Source: Callorhinchus milii
Taxonomy: Eukaryota
Reading direction: 5' to 3'
Assembly (NCBI RefSeq): GCF_018977255.1
Contig: NW_024704742.1
Span: 55,120,001-55,184,000, forward strand
Length of the DNA stretch: 64,000 bases
Positions within the stretch are counted from its first letter, which is position 1; each line of letters opens with the position of its first letter. The notes below the pieces were generated by a model. It saw only the letters and a list, made by a program, of their open reading frames with translations. It was not told the origin of the DNA and did no database searches. Both the position numbers and the translations under genes were made by a program. Of this stretch, positions 27,155 to 39,917 are shown piece after piece.

Positions 27155-27893
27155 AACAACAATGATGTTGAATACATCATTTGTATAGCGCCTTTCACAT
27201 CGGGAGGTCATCCTAAGGCACTGAACAGTCAGGGATTTGGACCCTAGGTGGGGGTTGGGATCAGGAAGCACGGGGGCAGGGAAGATAGGAGTAGGAGGGT
27301 AAATGAAGAGGAGGATCTTGAGACGTGCCTTGGATGAGGCAAGAGAGGGAGCGAGGCAAAGAGACTGTGGGATAGAATTTCAAAGGGTGGGGTCAGAGAG
27401 GCTGAAGGCCCGACCGCCGATGATGGGGTGGATCAGCCGGGGGAACATGCAGCAGGCTGCTGATCAGAGGGAACGGACCAGTCAGTATGGAGTTAGCAGT
27501 AATAGATTTAGAAAGGAGAAACCCCGTGGAGAGCCTTGAAGTTGAGCACAAGGATTTTGAACTCTATCCTCCGGGGGATGGGGAGCCAGTGGAACCAGGC
27601 AAGGGTGGGGGTGATGGGGTCACTGAGCCTGGCGCAGCAGAGGACACAAGCTGCAGAGTTTCTGAATGATTTGTAGCTTGTGGAAGGAAGAGTTGGGAAG
27701 GCCGATAAGCAGGGAGTTGGCATATTTGAGCCTGGATGCGATGAATATGTGGATGAAGGTCTCGGTGGCCTGAGGGGAGAGGCATTGGCAGAGCTGGACA
27801 ATGTTCCAGAGGTGGGGGAAGGCAGAGAGGTCCATGGTAGAGACGTGGGATAGAAAGGATAGTTGAGGGTCAAACAAGACACCAAGAGACTTC
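27155..27893 (-). mobile_element. L2-clade LINE 3' fragment
   Basis: LGVLFDPQLSF, SRLKYANSLLIGLP, FHWLPIPRRIEFKILVLNFKALHG. Confidence 0.9.
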
Positions 27894-29329
27894 ATCATGA
27901 AATACATTGGGTATAATTCTATTCCACCAGTACCACTAACTATAATTCTTTCCAGAAGTTCTGCCAGTTATGCAAGAAACCCAAAACCTCATCACAATGC
28001 CTATAGTTTTGCTTACAACTCGCAAAATACCCCTTTACCCAAACCTAGTTTTAGTAATTAGGACTGGATTATATTAAAACATGAATGTGTGCAGTGTAAA
28101 TTACTGAAGGGATGTTTTCTTGAAATTCTGCCATATACCAAAGCAATGCTGTAACACAGTCCACAGTCTTCGGAATCTAATCCACAATCTTATCACCTTT
28201 AAATAACTATATAAATACTTGCCCTTCATATCAATTCACCCATGACAACATAATTTTTAGGTAAAATTTTAAAACACAGGGACTCACCTTCCAGCGCACC
28301 AATCCTCCTGATATTGTAGTTTGTAGATGTATACCATGGATAAGACATGATGTGCAATTTGAAAGTCAGGATGGAGACCTGTCCAAGAGCAATTTTAAGA
28401 CCATGCCTCCCTCAGTCATATCATATTGAGTGTGTCCGATAGTGCTCTGGGACACTACCCTGTGTGAAGGACGCTATATAAGTGCAGGTTGTTGCATCAC
28501 TCTCAAGATACTATTTTTGTTTGTAAAATTGCGCTGCTATAAAATTAAGGTTAAAAAGACCTTCACAATGGAGATTTATACAAACTCTTGAACACGAACC
28601 TGTATTGTGAGTATAATCAGGAAATAAGAAAGACTTGTAGTCACGCCTATGAAATTGGCAGAAAAAAACACCCAGTTAAAACACCACAAACTGGTCTGCA
28701 TAGGAGGAGAGGGAGGACACTGGTATGCAGTCAACCATCAATTGAGGAATGCCATTTAGACTTCAATACAGGTAGAAAGTGAAACACTATTTCATAATAG
28801 TCCATGAATCCTGGCTTGCCCATGAATCAGGATACGTGGCCTACAATGAATCTTCACATAAAATAGAGCACACTTATCTAAGATCAAGAAAGCGTTCAGC
28901 TACACTTGAGAAATGTGTGCAATTAAATAGACATTATTCGGGAATACATTGCAAAATGATTATTATTCAGAAGCCTTTAAACTTCCAAATTAAGTTTGAA
29001 TTAAAGTACAGTGGAAGCCGCTTAAAATGGACACATCGGGAAGAGGTCCAATTAGCAGCCACTTCAAAGTAATGGACAGGCTGAAGCCATTTATGAACGG
29101 AGGAGAATTCCACGTATTCACAAGCGTCTCCAGTTATCAATCAATTGTGATTCGACTCCTCCCATTCCCTCCCTTAAATATAAAACCATGAGAATATTTT
29201 TGTTTATAAAACATTATGAGTTGTACATGATACAACATAAGCCTCCTTTTATCTGTACCACTTCAAAACTTTATCTGAAGAAACGTAGGTGATCTGTCAT
29301 CTTATTGTCCGATTATTCTTTGTCATTCA

Positions 29330-29905
29330 GTGTTCCACCACTCTTGTTGAATCAAGGGGAGAGAGAAGGTGGGAAAGAATAATATTGATTGGGTGCCTCA
29401 TTGACAAATGTAGGACCTGGACAGCTCCCTTACATCGTGGTGACCAGAATTGTGTGCAGTATGTAAGTTGCAATTTGACCAGAGCCCCGAACAGCCAGAG
29501 TATGATGTCTGGGGATCTAAACTCAACTGATTTAGCAATATGGCACAGCACCCCGTTTGTCAAAACATTGTTACAGCAGCATACAAAGCAAAGTGAGCAA
29601 CGAGTCAATTAACACCCCCAGATCTTTTTCAGCTACCGCCTTGCTGAGTTCAATCCCCTCCCTGGAATACTTGCATTTCCTATTCATTCATGCATTTATC
29701 AATATTAAGCTTAATTTGCCAATTATTGGTCCATCTGCATTCCCTATTCAAGCTCATTGTAGGACTTTTTTGCTACCCCCTGATTCCACAGTTCCCCCCA
29801 ACTTGGTGTCAACTGCAAATTTAACTCTTATAGAAATAATATAAAAGGATATGAGGAACAGGAGGGGTCCTAGTACAAACCCATGAGGCACCCTGCATCT
29901 CACAA
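29330..29905 (-). mobile_element. Highly decayed CR1 LINE ORF2 fragment
   Basis: VPHGFVLGPLLFLI, VKFAVDTKLGG and LTYCTQFWSP motifs. Confidence 0.8.
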
Positions 29906-30073
29906 TAGTGAGCATGTAAAAATATAACGAAAAGGAGAAATAGAGTGCCATACAAATATAATTTCGTTATTGTTGAAAAAAAAAAGGAAAAAATATCAAA
30001 GTTTAGTTAAGGCGTAGTGTATACATTTCTTCAATGCAAAATCCAAGCAATTAAAAGATCCACAGATTCTCAC

Positions 30074-30175
30074 CTCTTAACTGGTTGTATGTTGAACTGC
30101 CAACTTGTCTTGCACACCATGAACCAGTCCTAGGAAGGGTTTTACTTCCAGGAACTGTGGAATCTCGGTTTGTTC
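30074..30175 (-). CDS. MTUS1: Probable MTUS1 coding exon (GTNRDSTVPGSKTLPRTGSWCARQVGSSTYNQLR), 102 nt, phase 1 to 1
   Basis: Acceptor T8-A8-tgcAG|, donor GAG|GTGAGA. Open in the required phase and placed where the short human exon preceding the common region is expected. Absent from the ORF track. Confidence 0.7.
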
Positions 30176-30662
30176 CTGCATTTTTTTTAAAAAAAAGTTA
30201 CATAAATTAAGATTGGTTTTAGCTTAGAAATTCAAAAGCTCAGCAGTGCAATGTTTTTCAGAAACCAGACAAATACTGCACACAATTACTGACAAAGTAG
30301 AAGGACCCCAGGGGCTAGTGAGAAAATACTCACATTCACATTACAATTAGAAAACCTCTTTACATTAAAAAAAATACATTTTGCTAAAAATAAGTGTATT
30401 GTGTATTTCTCAGATACTGACGCTTACTCAATTGCTGCTGGCACGTGAAATCATCCAAGTTGGTAAAAGTCAAGTAACAAATAATGGAGCAATGAAAGAG
30501 AACTTCACGCTGAAAGCTGCATTCACACAAATCCAAATTGGAATTTGATACTTCAGTTAGGCGTTTTAGGACAAATTAACTTATTTTATAGCTAGAAAAC
30601 AGACTGCACTGCTTGCCCACAGGGTGGGATGATTTGCTCACCATTTCTCATCTATAATATAA

Positions 30663-31031
30663 AATAATAATCCTTGCATTTGATAAAGCACCTTATCAAG
30701 TCTGAGACATTTCTAAACGCTTCACAGAATATACTGTAAAGTGAACTGACTATATATTTTGTGGGCGAAACACACCAGCCAATTTTGAACAGCAGTGTCC
30801 CATAAACACTCGTGGATTGAGTGACCAATTTTTATTATGATTATTTTCTTAAGGAATTAGTACCCCTGAAAAAGCAATCCACCAATCAACTAACCACCAG
30901 GTTCCTACTTACTCCTAGATAAACAGAGGTGTGGAGTAAGGAAACTTGCCCAAAGTTTCGCCCTGCCGGGAATCAAACCCAGGTCTCTCGCTTGTGAGGC
31001 GAGTACTATAACCATTGAACTGCAGGACTCC
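30663..31031 (-). mobile_element. SINE, long form
   Basis: Tail, internal ggttcctacttact..ctag.taaacagagg segment and tRNA-like head are all present. Confidence 0.88.
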
Positions 31032-32236
31032 CTCATAGAAAGTTTGCCTCTCCAATAAATATTAAAGGATTCCTATGTTTTTCTCTGTCCATTTGACATA
31101 ACCTGCATTATACAGATGATAAAACTGTACAAAACTGAGTATTTCACTGTGTTAATCACATTTGATGGAGGTGATTTATTTTAGAAAATAAGGCAGAGAG
31201 AAAAAAAATTGGATATTGATGAATGGTCAAATTGATCTTCACCCTGCCAATTAGTTTTCAGATATGTATCCTTAGGGATTCCCACAAGTTAACTGTTAAA
31301 GGCTCCAGGAGAGAGAAGATTGATTCCCATTTCAAGTTCCTCTCAATTCTCAAATTTGCATAACAATCCAAGTCATTAAGGACAAAAGGAGAAGTTCTAA
31401 CTTGTCCCAATGAGAAGATTTTAGTCAAGATATTATACTGTTCATTTTCTGATGGAAAGCTTCTAGTAAAAGATAGGAGAGAAGACTTATTTTGACAAAG
31501 ACTGAACATAAATATTAAGTCATTTTTGAAGTTGTGAGAAATAAAATTGAATTACATTTTTCCAATTCATAATTTTTCCTTCTGTCAGTCAGGTATACAT
31601 CCTTCAAAACACAGGAACTGGCTGCTTTTATGTTGCTTCTTAATTTGTATTTTACAACTGCATTCCCACATGAAAATAGGCAAAATAAAATTCTGGGTTT
31701 GTATAATAGGATGTAAATATTCTTAACATTTACAGTAAAAAAACTTGTGTATGTTAAATGCAGTCACCTTTCATTCTGCTTATTCACTTATTGATACATG
31801 AAACACCTTGCCAAAAGATCATAAAAATTACAGAATAAAATGAGCCAACTCGGCCTATTGATCAAGTGGCAGCTTGTCAGGTGAGGCACTGCGAGACCAG
31901 CGCAGGAGCAGAGACCCACAGACCTACAAGAGGGTGGGAAAGTGGACACAGTGAGAGTACGAGACCCAACACAGGACCAGTGGAACTGGTGAACGAGCGG
32001 AGCTGGGCGAGAGCGGGTATGTGTGACTGCCATCTAAAGTCATTGCGTACGCACAAAGGGCATGTTGCTGTAGGAACAAGGTAGCTTGGTGAGGCAAATT
32101 CATAGATTGCCTCATCTGTCAAAAAGATCACCAGCTGCTACTGCTGTTGAACTGGAGTTAACTCTCCTGTACTTGTATTTCGTTCTTCAAGAATTTAGCG
32201 ATTTTTTTTACCATGGTTACCTCAGTCACCCACTTA

Positions 32237-32510
32237 ATAATAATCCTTGATTTGATAATGCAAATACTTGCATTTGATATACCTTAACAAGTCATTGGGA
32301 TGTCTCAAAGCACTTTACAGAATACAGTGTAAAGTGGATTGACTGTATTTTGTGGGGGAAATTTGGTAGCCAATTGTGAACAGCAATGTCCCACCAGCAG
32401 TTGTGGATTGAGTAACCCAATTTTTTTTGAGGGATTATATCCCCGGGAAAGCAATCCACCAATCGGCTAACAGTTGGGTTCCTACTTATTGCTAGTTAAA
32501 CAGAGGATTT
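32237..32510 (-). mobile_element. 5'-truncated SINE, long form
   Basis: Tail and internal segment present, head absent. Confidence 0.8.
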
Positions 32511-32827
32511 TATTGCTAACAACAGGCAAGGAATCCCAGTCATGAACCCCCCAAAACGACTGCTCAGTGAATGGAGTGACTGCAGGCCTCTGCTCCCAAA
32601 TCTTATAATTTCACAAATCATTTTAAAACAAAAGCATGTTTGAAAGTGCAACCTGTCAAACATTGTAACAAGTTACATCTCAGATCAGCTTTACAATTCG
32701 CAAATCTTGAAATATTCAAAAAGCAGAAGACTATTAAAAAAGACAAAAGTGGAAACTAGATGTGGATTTAAAAACAAATTCAAGAATTATTCACATTGTA
32801 TTCTCTGTAACATAGAATTCATCTCAC

Positions 32828-32965
32828 CTCTGTTTGGGGTCTTCACAGAAGATGCATTTTTCTGGACCTCTAATTTTGCTGCCTGTGCTCGAACGCTGCT
32901 AGTGTGTGCAGATAGCAGACGTTTCCTGGGACCATCTCCTGCTTGACTACTAGAAGCAACTGCAG
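32828..32965 (-). CDS. MTUS1: MTUS1 coding exon (AVASSSQAGDGPRKRLL...SSVKTPNR), 138 nt, phase 1 to 1
   Basis: Acceptor ttttttctccctcAG|, donor GAG|GTGAGA. The end VKTPNRG resembles human MKTPPKG. Confidence 0.85.
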
Positions 32966-33765
32966 CTGAGGGAGAAAAAAAATGGATATAATTCACCTGA
33001 ATTTGAAGTCATAAATTGCTGGGCTATTATAATGTAAACAAAAACATTTCCTAGAAATCTGTAGTGTAGAATGTTGGATATAGACTTGGTCGATATTTTT
33101 GAAGTTTCCTCCCCAGAGAGTTTCCCAGAGTCAGAGATAGCACCAACTATTGCAGGATCACAAGAATTCTCTTAATAAGAATTAGCTCATTCTTCAAATG
33201 GATAAACTGGGTTTCCAGCACTGAATAATGCTTTGCACAAACTTTTAAAGAACTGTCAATTATTGACTCTGAAGACTTGAGAGATGCAACAAAAAGTTGC
33301 ATCTCAGAAGTTGTTCATGGTGATTGGGGTCATGTGTTTTTGTAGGTAAAAGTAGCAGCCGGTTTTTATAAAAAAATCATACCATTATCCATGCTTTGAA
33401 AGACCGATTTAGTTATAGTATTGGGGGGAGGGGGGAGATGCTGCTCATACAGATTGCTCATACAGTGCATGAAGCAGGTTGCACCAAGCAAAAATATCAG
33501 CAGAAATGCAATTGGAAAACGTGACAAGTACAGGGAATCAGACATTTCAGTTTACTAAAAATAGATACATATCCCTCAAAATGTACATTGCTGAACGTGC
33601 GCATGATGTGACAGTGAATATTCTTGGAGTTTCATATAAAGTTATAATAAGGATCAAACAAATATTGTGAAATTCACTCATTTTCTCAAATGATTTGATT
33701 AACTTAAACTACAGGCACTGAATCTCAGAGTCAGAAGACCAACTTACATTACCAGCTTAAAATTT

Positions 33766-34121
33766 ATAATACTTGATTTTATATAGCAACTTATTATGTT
33801 GTTGAAACATCTTAAAGTGCTTCACAGAATAAACTATAGTGAATTAACTATTCATGGGCGAATTGCAGCAGTCAATTGCACACAGTGGTGTCCCGCAAAC
33901 AGTCATACATTGAGTGAGCAATTTACTATTATTCTTTAAAGGGATTACCACCCTCGAAAAGCGATCCACAATCGACTAATAACCTGGTTCGAACTTACTG
34001 CTGGGTAAGCAGAGGCGTTTGGAGTAAGGAAACTTGTGTTAGGTTGTGCCCTGCCCGAGAATCAAACTCAGGTCTTCTCACTTGTGAGACAAGTTCTCTA
34101 ACCACTAAGCTACAGGACTCC
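33766..34121 (-). mobile_element. SINE, long form
   Basis: Same architecture as 30663-31031. Confidence 0.86.
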
Positions 34122-35532
34122 TTGAGACAGGATGACTCCAAGTGGAGAGCTTTATACCTGTGGCATTCCTCGAACCAAATGCCACATGTCAGTTAGTTAA
34201 TTCTTAATGCAGGCAGAAGCCTTGCTGGCTTGTCAAAACTGTTTAAGATCTTAAGGGTGATTAATCAAAGCCCTACATATAATGTACATTTACATTTAAA
34301 TAATTACATTTCATTTATTCTATAAATCCAAATCTTATCTAATTGCCATATTTGTCCAATAACAGGATTCGGTGAACTGGGAAAGTCATCCAAGAGATCA
34401 ATATATTTATTGAACTCCACTTAAAGGGAATGCGTTTCAATTTAGTAGGATTTGTGAGATTTGCCCCCTTCTCCACTGATGAAGAAATCTGTGCAAATTG
34501 GATTCACTCTTTTTTTACAGTCTTTTTTTACTGGCACAGCATATTAATTTCTGTCACAGCTACACAACATATAGTAAGTACATTCATGTATTTTCATATT
34601 CATGTTCACAATGGCATATCACAGCACATTAATTTCTTCTGCAGCTCCACCATGCCATGACGGCGGAGGAGGGAAGGGGGCAACAATAATTTTAATAATA
34701 ATTGTTCTATCCTGTTTTAATTCAAATTCCACACAATAGAGAGTATGACGTTTCCATTTCATTCACACATTAAGCATCCATTTTACAAAGCAGAACGTTA
34801 TACTGCTAGAGGACAAACCAGGACCAAGGAAAGCAATACCAGCAGCACATCAGGTTTGCTCACACAATTCACTTGAATTCACACAGATCAATGGCATATC
34901 GCACAGCCTGAATTACATCCCTCCTTATGAAATTAAATCCACAGGCTTGTCCCAAGAATTTCTTTTTGGCTAAATTCAGAGCATGTGTATTTCCTCAAAG
35001 GGTAATGCCCAACTATGAAAGGCAAGCATAAAGCACAATGCCTTACTCTTAAGCACAAGTATACCTTGCACCTGCTGCTTAATAGTATACAATGTGCAAT
35101 TGATGCAGCGCAATATTTTTGCATTCATGTGCAGAGACAACCATTCAACACAATTTGCATTTCTGCAATTTTTGGACAGTAAAGAGGTACACAGCACACA
35201 ATCACCACAGTAAATGCACATTTGTTCAATTGTCTCCAGGGCTACATTTCCATCACAAAGAGTTTTAAGATTACAGCACCAAATCTTCCCAAAGCAAATC
35301 TTCTGCTCTTACAATAAGGATTCTCTCCATCACAGAAGTGATTGCCTTTGTGTCACCAGACAGGTTCTCGTAAATAAATGACAACAAGGATTTAACTTCT
35401 GCATTTCCAGCTTAAGTAACATTCACTGTGCAATTTTCAACAAAACCATCATTTAATAAAATCTATGGACCAAAAGAATTTCAATTTCTGATTTGCAGTC
35501 AAACAGTTGAAGGTGCCTTGAAGGTAACTTAC

Positions 35533-35740
35533 TTTTGAAGTGCTGGTATTTAGGTCGGCTAATGAAGACTGCTAACAAAGGAACAATACAAAACCCATAA
35601 GATCCAATTAGCAGAAAGGTCACAAAGATGACATCACTACGATTTCCTGAAGTGTTTGGTGGCACAAGCGTTGAATTAAAGAAAATACGAGGAGAAAATG
35701 TGGTGAAGGTACAGCTTCGAAGTCCTCCTGGTATAGTCAT
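35533..35740 (-). CDS. MTUS1: MTUS1 ATIP4-type alternative first coding exon with hydrophobic (transmembrane) segment, 69 codons + 1 nt
   Basis: MTIPGGLRSCTFTTFSPRIFFNSTLVPP...VIFVTFLLIGSYGFCIVPLLAVF matches the recalled human ATIP4 N-terminus (MTVPGGFRSCTETDISSKIFINSTLTPP...LLTLLVVGSYSLCIIPLLATF). Donor AAA|GTAAGT is phase 1, compatible with the exon at 32965. Confidence 0.9.
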
Positions 35741-35879
35741 TGAAACGGTCCAAAGTCAGGCATATGCAGTAGTAACATTTCAACCTTGCTCATGCTGCCA
35801 TTTCCACTATGGTGACCCTCAGTGAAACAGAGTGGAAATAAACTAAGTTGCTAGGCATGCATGTGTCTTGTTCTCCAGC

Positions 35880-35940
35880 CAGCCACACGCACACGCACAC
35901 ACACACACGGAGCTGGCCAATCAAAGGAACAAAAGGGTAG
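35880..35940. promoter_or_regulatory. Candidate ATIP4-type promoter elements
   Basis: About 150-200 nt upstream of the ATIP4-type ATG: a (CACG/CA)n tract, CCAAT (35917-35921), TCF/LEF-type ATCAAAG (35920-35926) and SOX-type AACAAAAG (35928-35935). Confidence 0.4.
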
Positions 35941-37155
35941 CAGCATCATACGAAATGCAGGCTTCATTTGAACAGTGCATCAGCTGAAATGGCTGTGCAG
36001 GATCCTTTCTCTGCAGCAGTGTTAGCTTGTTCAGAATTTTTAAACCCAAAACCAAATTTGCACAATTAATCCACCCATTTTTCTTCCGTTTGCCAAATGA
36101 AACTGCTCTTTACATGCATATCTTTGTGTGTATTCCTGTTCTTATTGTCAAAGATCCTTAAAACATTCTTTTGCACAGTGCCTCGCCACATATCCTTTGT
36201 TCCCGGGTGTTGCCAAGGAATTCTGCTGTTCATTTCTTGGAGGCTCATTGTAATGCAGGATTGACAGCAAAACAAAACATCATTTGGAAATCCTATTGTC
36301 AGACAATAGAGCATGTTCCGTTTCAGAAAATACTTAGAAAATGTGCTAAACACTTCCTTACCTCCCTCCTACCCCCGCAGATCAGAAGGCTTAAAGCATA
36401 ATTACAATGTAATGAAAAATGTGAAAACAGGGATCACAGTAATCAGCGATACCAATGCAATTTTACAGATTAACTCACAGCAGTATTAATCCAAACTATT
36501 TAATGATAACCGTTCAACAGTATTGTCAAGTCATATTTACTTAACCAGCTATATCTTTTTACATTTATTTTTCTAAGGCTGCTCTTTAGCCCCTTTCAGC
36601 ATACAATCTACCATTCTCAAGATACGCAGTGAGGTGTGAATGAGCCTGTCAATTTGGGGGGGAAAAAAAACATTCTCAAAACTGCAGTTGCTGATTTATT
36701 TCTCTTGAACCACCTCCTTATCAGATTCTTTGCATTTTAAAATTCATTCCTTTGTCCCTTATATCGCTTTGTCATCTATTTAACTGCATTAGCTTCTATT
36801 ACCTATTCACCGTTTTTTTTGCAAGCATGAATTTCAACCACTGTCTCGCCTCAATGTTTTTTTTTGAATGTTTTCCACACAATTGACAATTGAGTTCCAG
36901 TCAACGAATTTTGCATTCCTTCCAAGTCTACATTCAGACGTTTGTGTTACTGCATTTTCTACTATTCTCACATTAGTACAAATGTGATACCATGAGTTCT
37001 GACCACTTAATGGATTGAATTGCCAGCCTTATTTACCAAACGTGGTCATTTCCCACAATTAATACAGTAAGGGGTCACATCCCTGTATGCTGAACAGAGA
37101 CTGTTAGCTTTTCCATTGTTGTTTTATGAACTGAATAATTAATGTAGAATCTTTA

Positions 37156-37390
37156 TTTTCACGTCTTCTAGACGTCTCAAAGCGCTTCACAGAATATGAC
37201 TGTATATTTGTGGGCGAAACAAATAAAATTGGTAACTTCAATCCACAACTGCTTGTGGGACACTGCTGTGCATAATTGGCTGCCACGTTTCGCCCACAAA
37301 TACAGTTAATTCACTTTACAGTATATTCTGTAAAGTGCTTTGAGACGTCTAGAAGACGTGAAAAGTGCTATACCAAATGCAAGGATTATT
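37156..37390. mobile_element. Fold-back SINE: 3' half (+) preceded by an inverted copy of its own tail
   Basis: 37156-37197 is the reverse complement of 37323-37364 at 40/42 positions. Confidence 0.85.
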
Positions 37391-37739
37391 CTTACTCCTC
37401 CAAATTTATTGTTCATTCACTGCATAACTACAATGTTTGCCTACAAAAATAGCCACAACACATGACAATTATTACTGTGCAGCAATTGGAGAAGCTGTCA
37501 TTCATAAGTATTGTAAAAAAAATACAAATGCTTTGTTGACTGAGAAACAAAAATAACTTCCATACAATAGATGGTACTCAGATGCCACAGAATAGATAGC
37601 TCACAAGTACACATCAGAGTTCATACTGATATTTGCACAGCTATATTTAGTCATGCAGAGAGAGAAAAACCTTGTTGTGACAAGCAATGTAAAATAAGTT
37701 CAATACTCTCTGAAAGTCGCACTATGAGTTAAGGTACCT

Positions 37740-38172
37740 TTTGAGCTAAGGTTCAGCCTGTCTCAGTTAGTAGCACTCTCACTTTAGAGTCAAAAAGATT
37801 TGGGGTTCAAGCTCCACATCAGAACTTATGAATTACATTCCAATGAAGTGCTGGGGTGTGTGCTGCATTGTGAGATTCCATCATTTGGACAGGACAACTG
37901 AGGTCCCTAACTGTTTAGATGGACATTAAAGATCCTATGGCACAATTCAAAAAGAGAAGGAAGTTTCTCACACCATCTTGGCCCATAAATCCCCAGATAA
38001 TTGATCATTCACTTCTTAGCTGTATGTGGGACAATGTTATGTGTAAATCAGCTGCCACTTTCATCCATAAAGTTTCACGCACAAAATCTAGTGAATTCAC
38101 TTTACAGTATATTCTGTGAAGAGCTTTAAGCCATCTCGAAGACATGATAAGGAGCAATGCAAGGATTATTAT
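37740..38172 (+). mobile_element. Older Deu-like SINE
   Basis: Head gtagcactctc...gggttcaagctccac, core ggacattaaagatcctatggcac, tail gcaaggattattat. Confidence 0.7.
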
Positions 38173-38380
38173 AAATAGTTACTACACTTCACAGTAAAAT
38201 CACAAGAACCAATTCAGGCATCTCAATGACGAGATAAGGCTTTTGCAAATACTAGATTATGGATGACTTAGTTGTAATTGTATACAAAACTATTAAGTGT
38301 CAAATCATACTATTCAACCATACTGTTATAGAGACAATCGGAAACGTTTCCATATGAAGGCTCATAGCAAGAACACTTAC

Positions 38381-38590
38381 ACTTAGCACTGTAACTACTT
38401 GGAAAACTCTGAATGGATGCATCACTGCAGAAAGATGACAAACTGTTGCTTCGCTGCAACAAAGAAGCTGCAACAGGCAATTTGAAGCCAATTGTAGTTT
38501 TCACTGCATTAACTCCCAAGTTCAGAGTAGCAGCTTTCGTTGGTGCAATTCTCAGCTTTCCTTTAAGAGTGGAATTCCCTTTCTGTTTAT
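38381..38590 (-). CDS. MTUS1: MTUS1 coding exon (DKQKGNSTLK...LLQRSNSLSSFCSDASIQSFPSSYSAK), 210 nt, phase 1 to 1
   Basis: Acceptor ttttcttacaattgcAG|, donor AGT|GTAAGT, open frame. LQRSNSLSS...SSYS resembles human LRRTGSTPS...STYSNNS. Confidence 0.85.
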
Positions 38591-39917
38591 CTGCAATTGT
38601 AAGAAAATGGTCAATTAAAAATAGAACTGACAGATGAAAATCCTACAAGGGATTAAACAGGAACTACCACAAATATGGCAACAAATATTTTTAGCCATAA
38701 AAAGTCCTAATAGGCTGTGTATTAACTGCCAGTAGAATGTCAGTAAGACAACTTCAGGATTTTCCCAGGGAATAATGTTAAACCTGCTGAGGATCGTGAA
38801 GCTTATCCATAACAGAGTTTTCAATTAGAAAACTTTGGTTACAAGTCTGGTGGCTTTCAGCATCTATTCTATTGCTGAATTTTCCAGTTTGGATTGATCG
38901 TTTATATTGCAAACAATTCTATTTTGGGGCCCAGTGTGCAGTTAAAACTGCTTTTAAATTGATCTGAATCACCACGGGAGAACTTAATCATAAGTTTCCA
39001 GTTCAATTTCACTTCACCTTTTCTCTCCCCCTCGCACAAAACTGCACCCAAAATGTCCATTACAGATCAGACTGATTAGTGACGATGCTCATTGCATTGG
39101 AGCAAAAGTCTTCCATTTACTAAAAATTCAACATCGAGGTCCAGGACTTTATCCAAATGTTACATTATATACACATCAACTAATTACATTTACTGTTGAA
39201 TTGTGAATAATTCCTTTTAGCTCAATTGAATTTTTGAAAGAAAGGAAGGAAGAGAAAGAAAGAGAGAAAGAGAGAAAGGGAGTCATCTTCCAGGTGCATT
39301 TTATTGATACATACACTGTCCAGCACTGAAACACCATTCAGTGCAACCATTCCGTGCTGATGTTTATACTCCATACCACTCTCCACTCATCCCAATATCC
39401 TCTCCCACACCACGCACTAGACTATTAGTTAAGGTACATAACTGCTTATGGAATGTTTTAAGGAATGCAACCAAATATCATGATCCCTTTGTAATCACCA
39501 AATCCTTTGCTTTAAGATCTGGTGTTCAGTTGAGGAGTGGTAAAATATTACTACAAGTACCACACCTTACCACAAGTAAAGAGGAATCCCATCAAAGTGT
39601 TCAAATTTCTCTTCATACTGCTATATCTTTTACATGATAAATGCTGGTTCCCCTTTGGCTTCGAAATCACTCACATGTAATACAATTCTATCCCAATCCG
39701 AGGCAAAATCACTCATCTATGCATGGAACCTTGGTGGTACCCACAACAAACCTAATCAATTACTACATAACAATTCGCAGAGGCTGAGAGCCATTTGCTT
39801 TCGGGACAGTTTTTCAGGCTGTATAGTTAGAGAAATGATTCAGCTCATCCTGCAGTTCAACATAAACACAATGGTGGTGTTACTTCTCAAACAATTTTGA
39901 GTAAGGCTGTATGTCGT

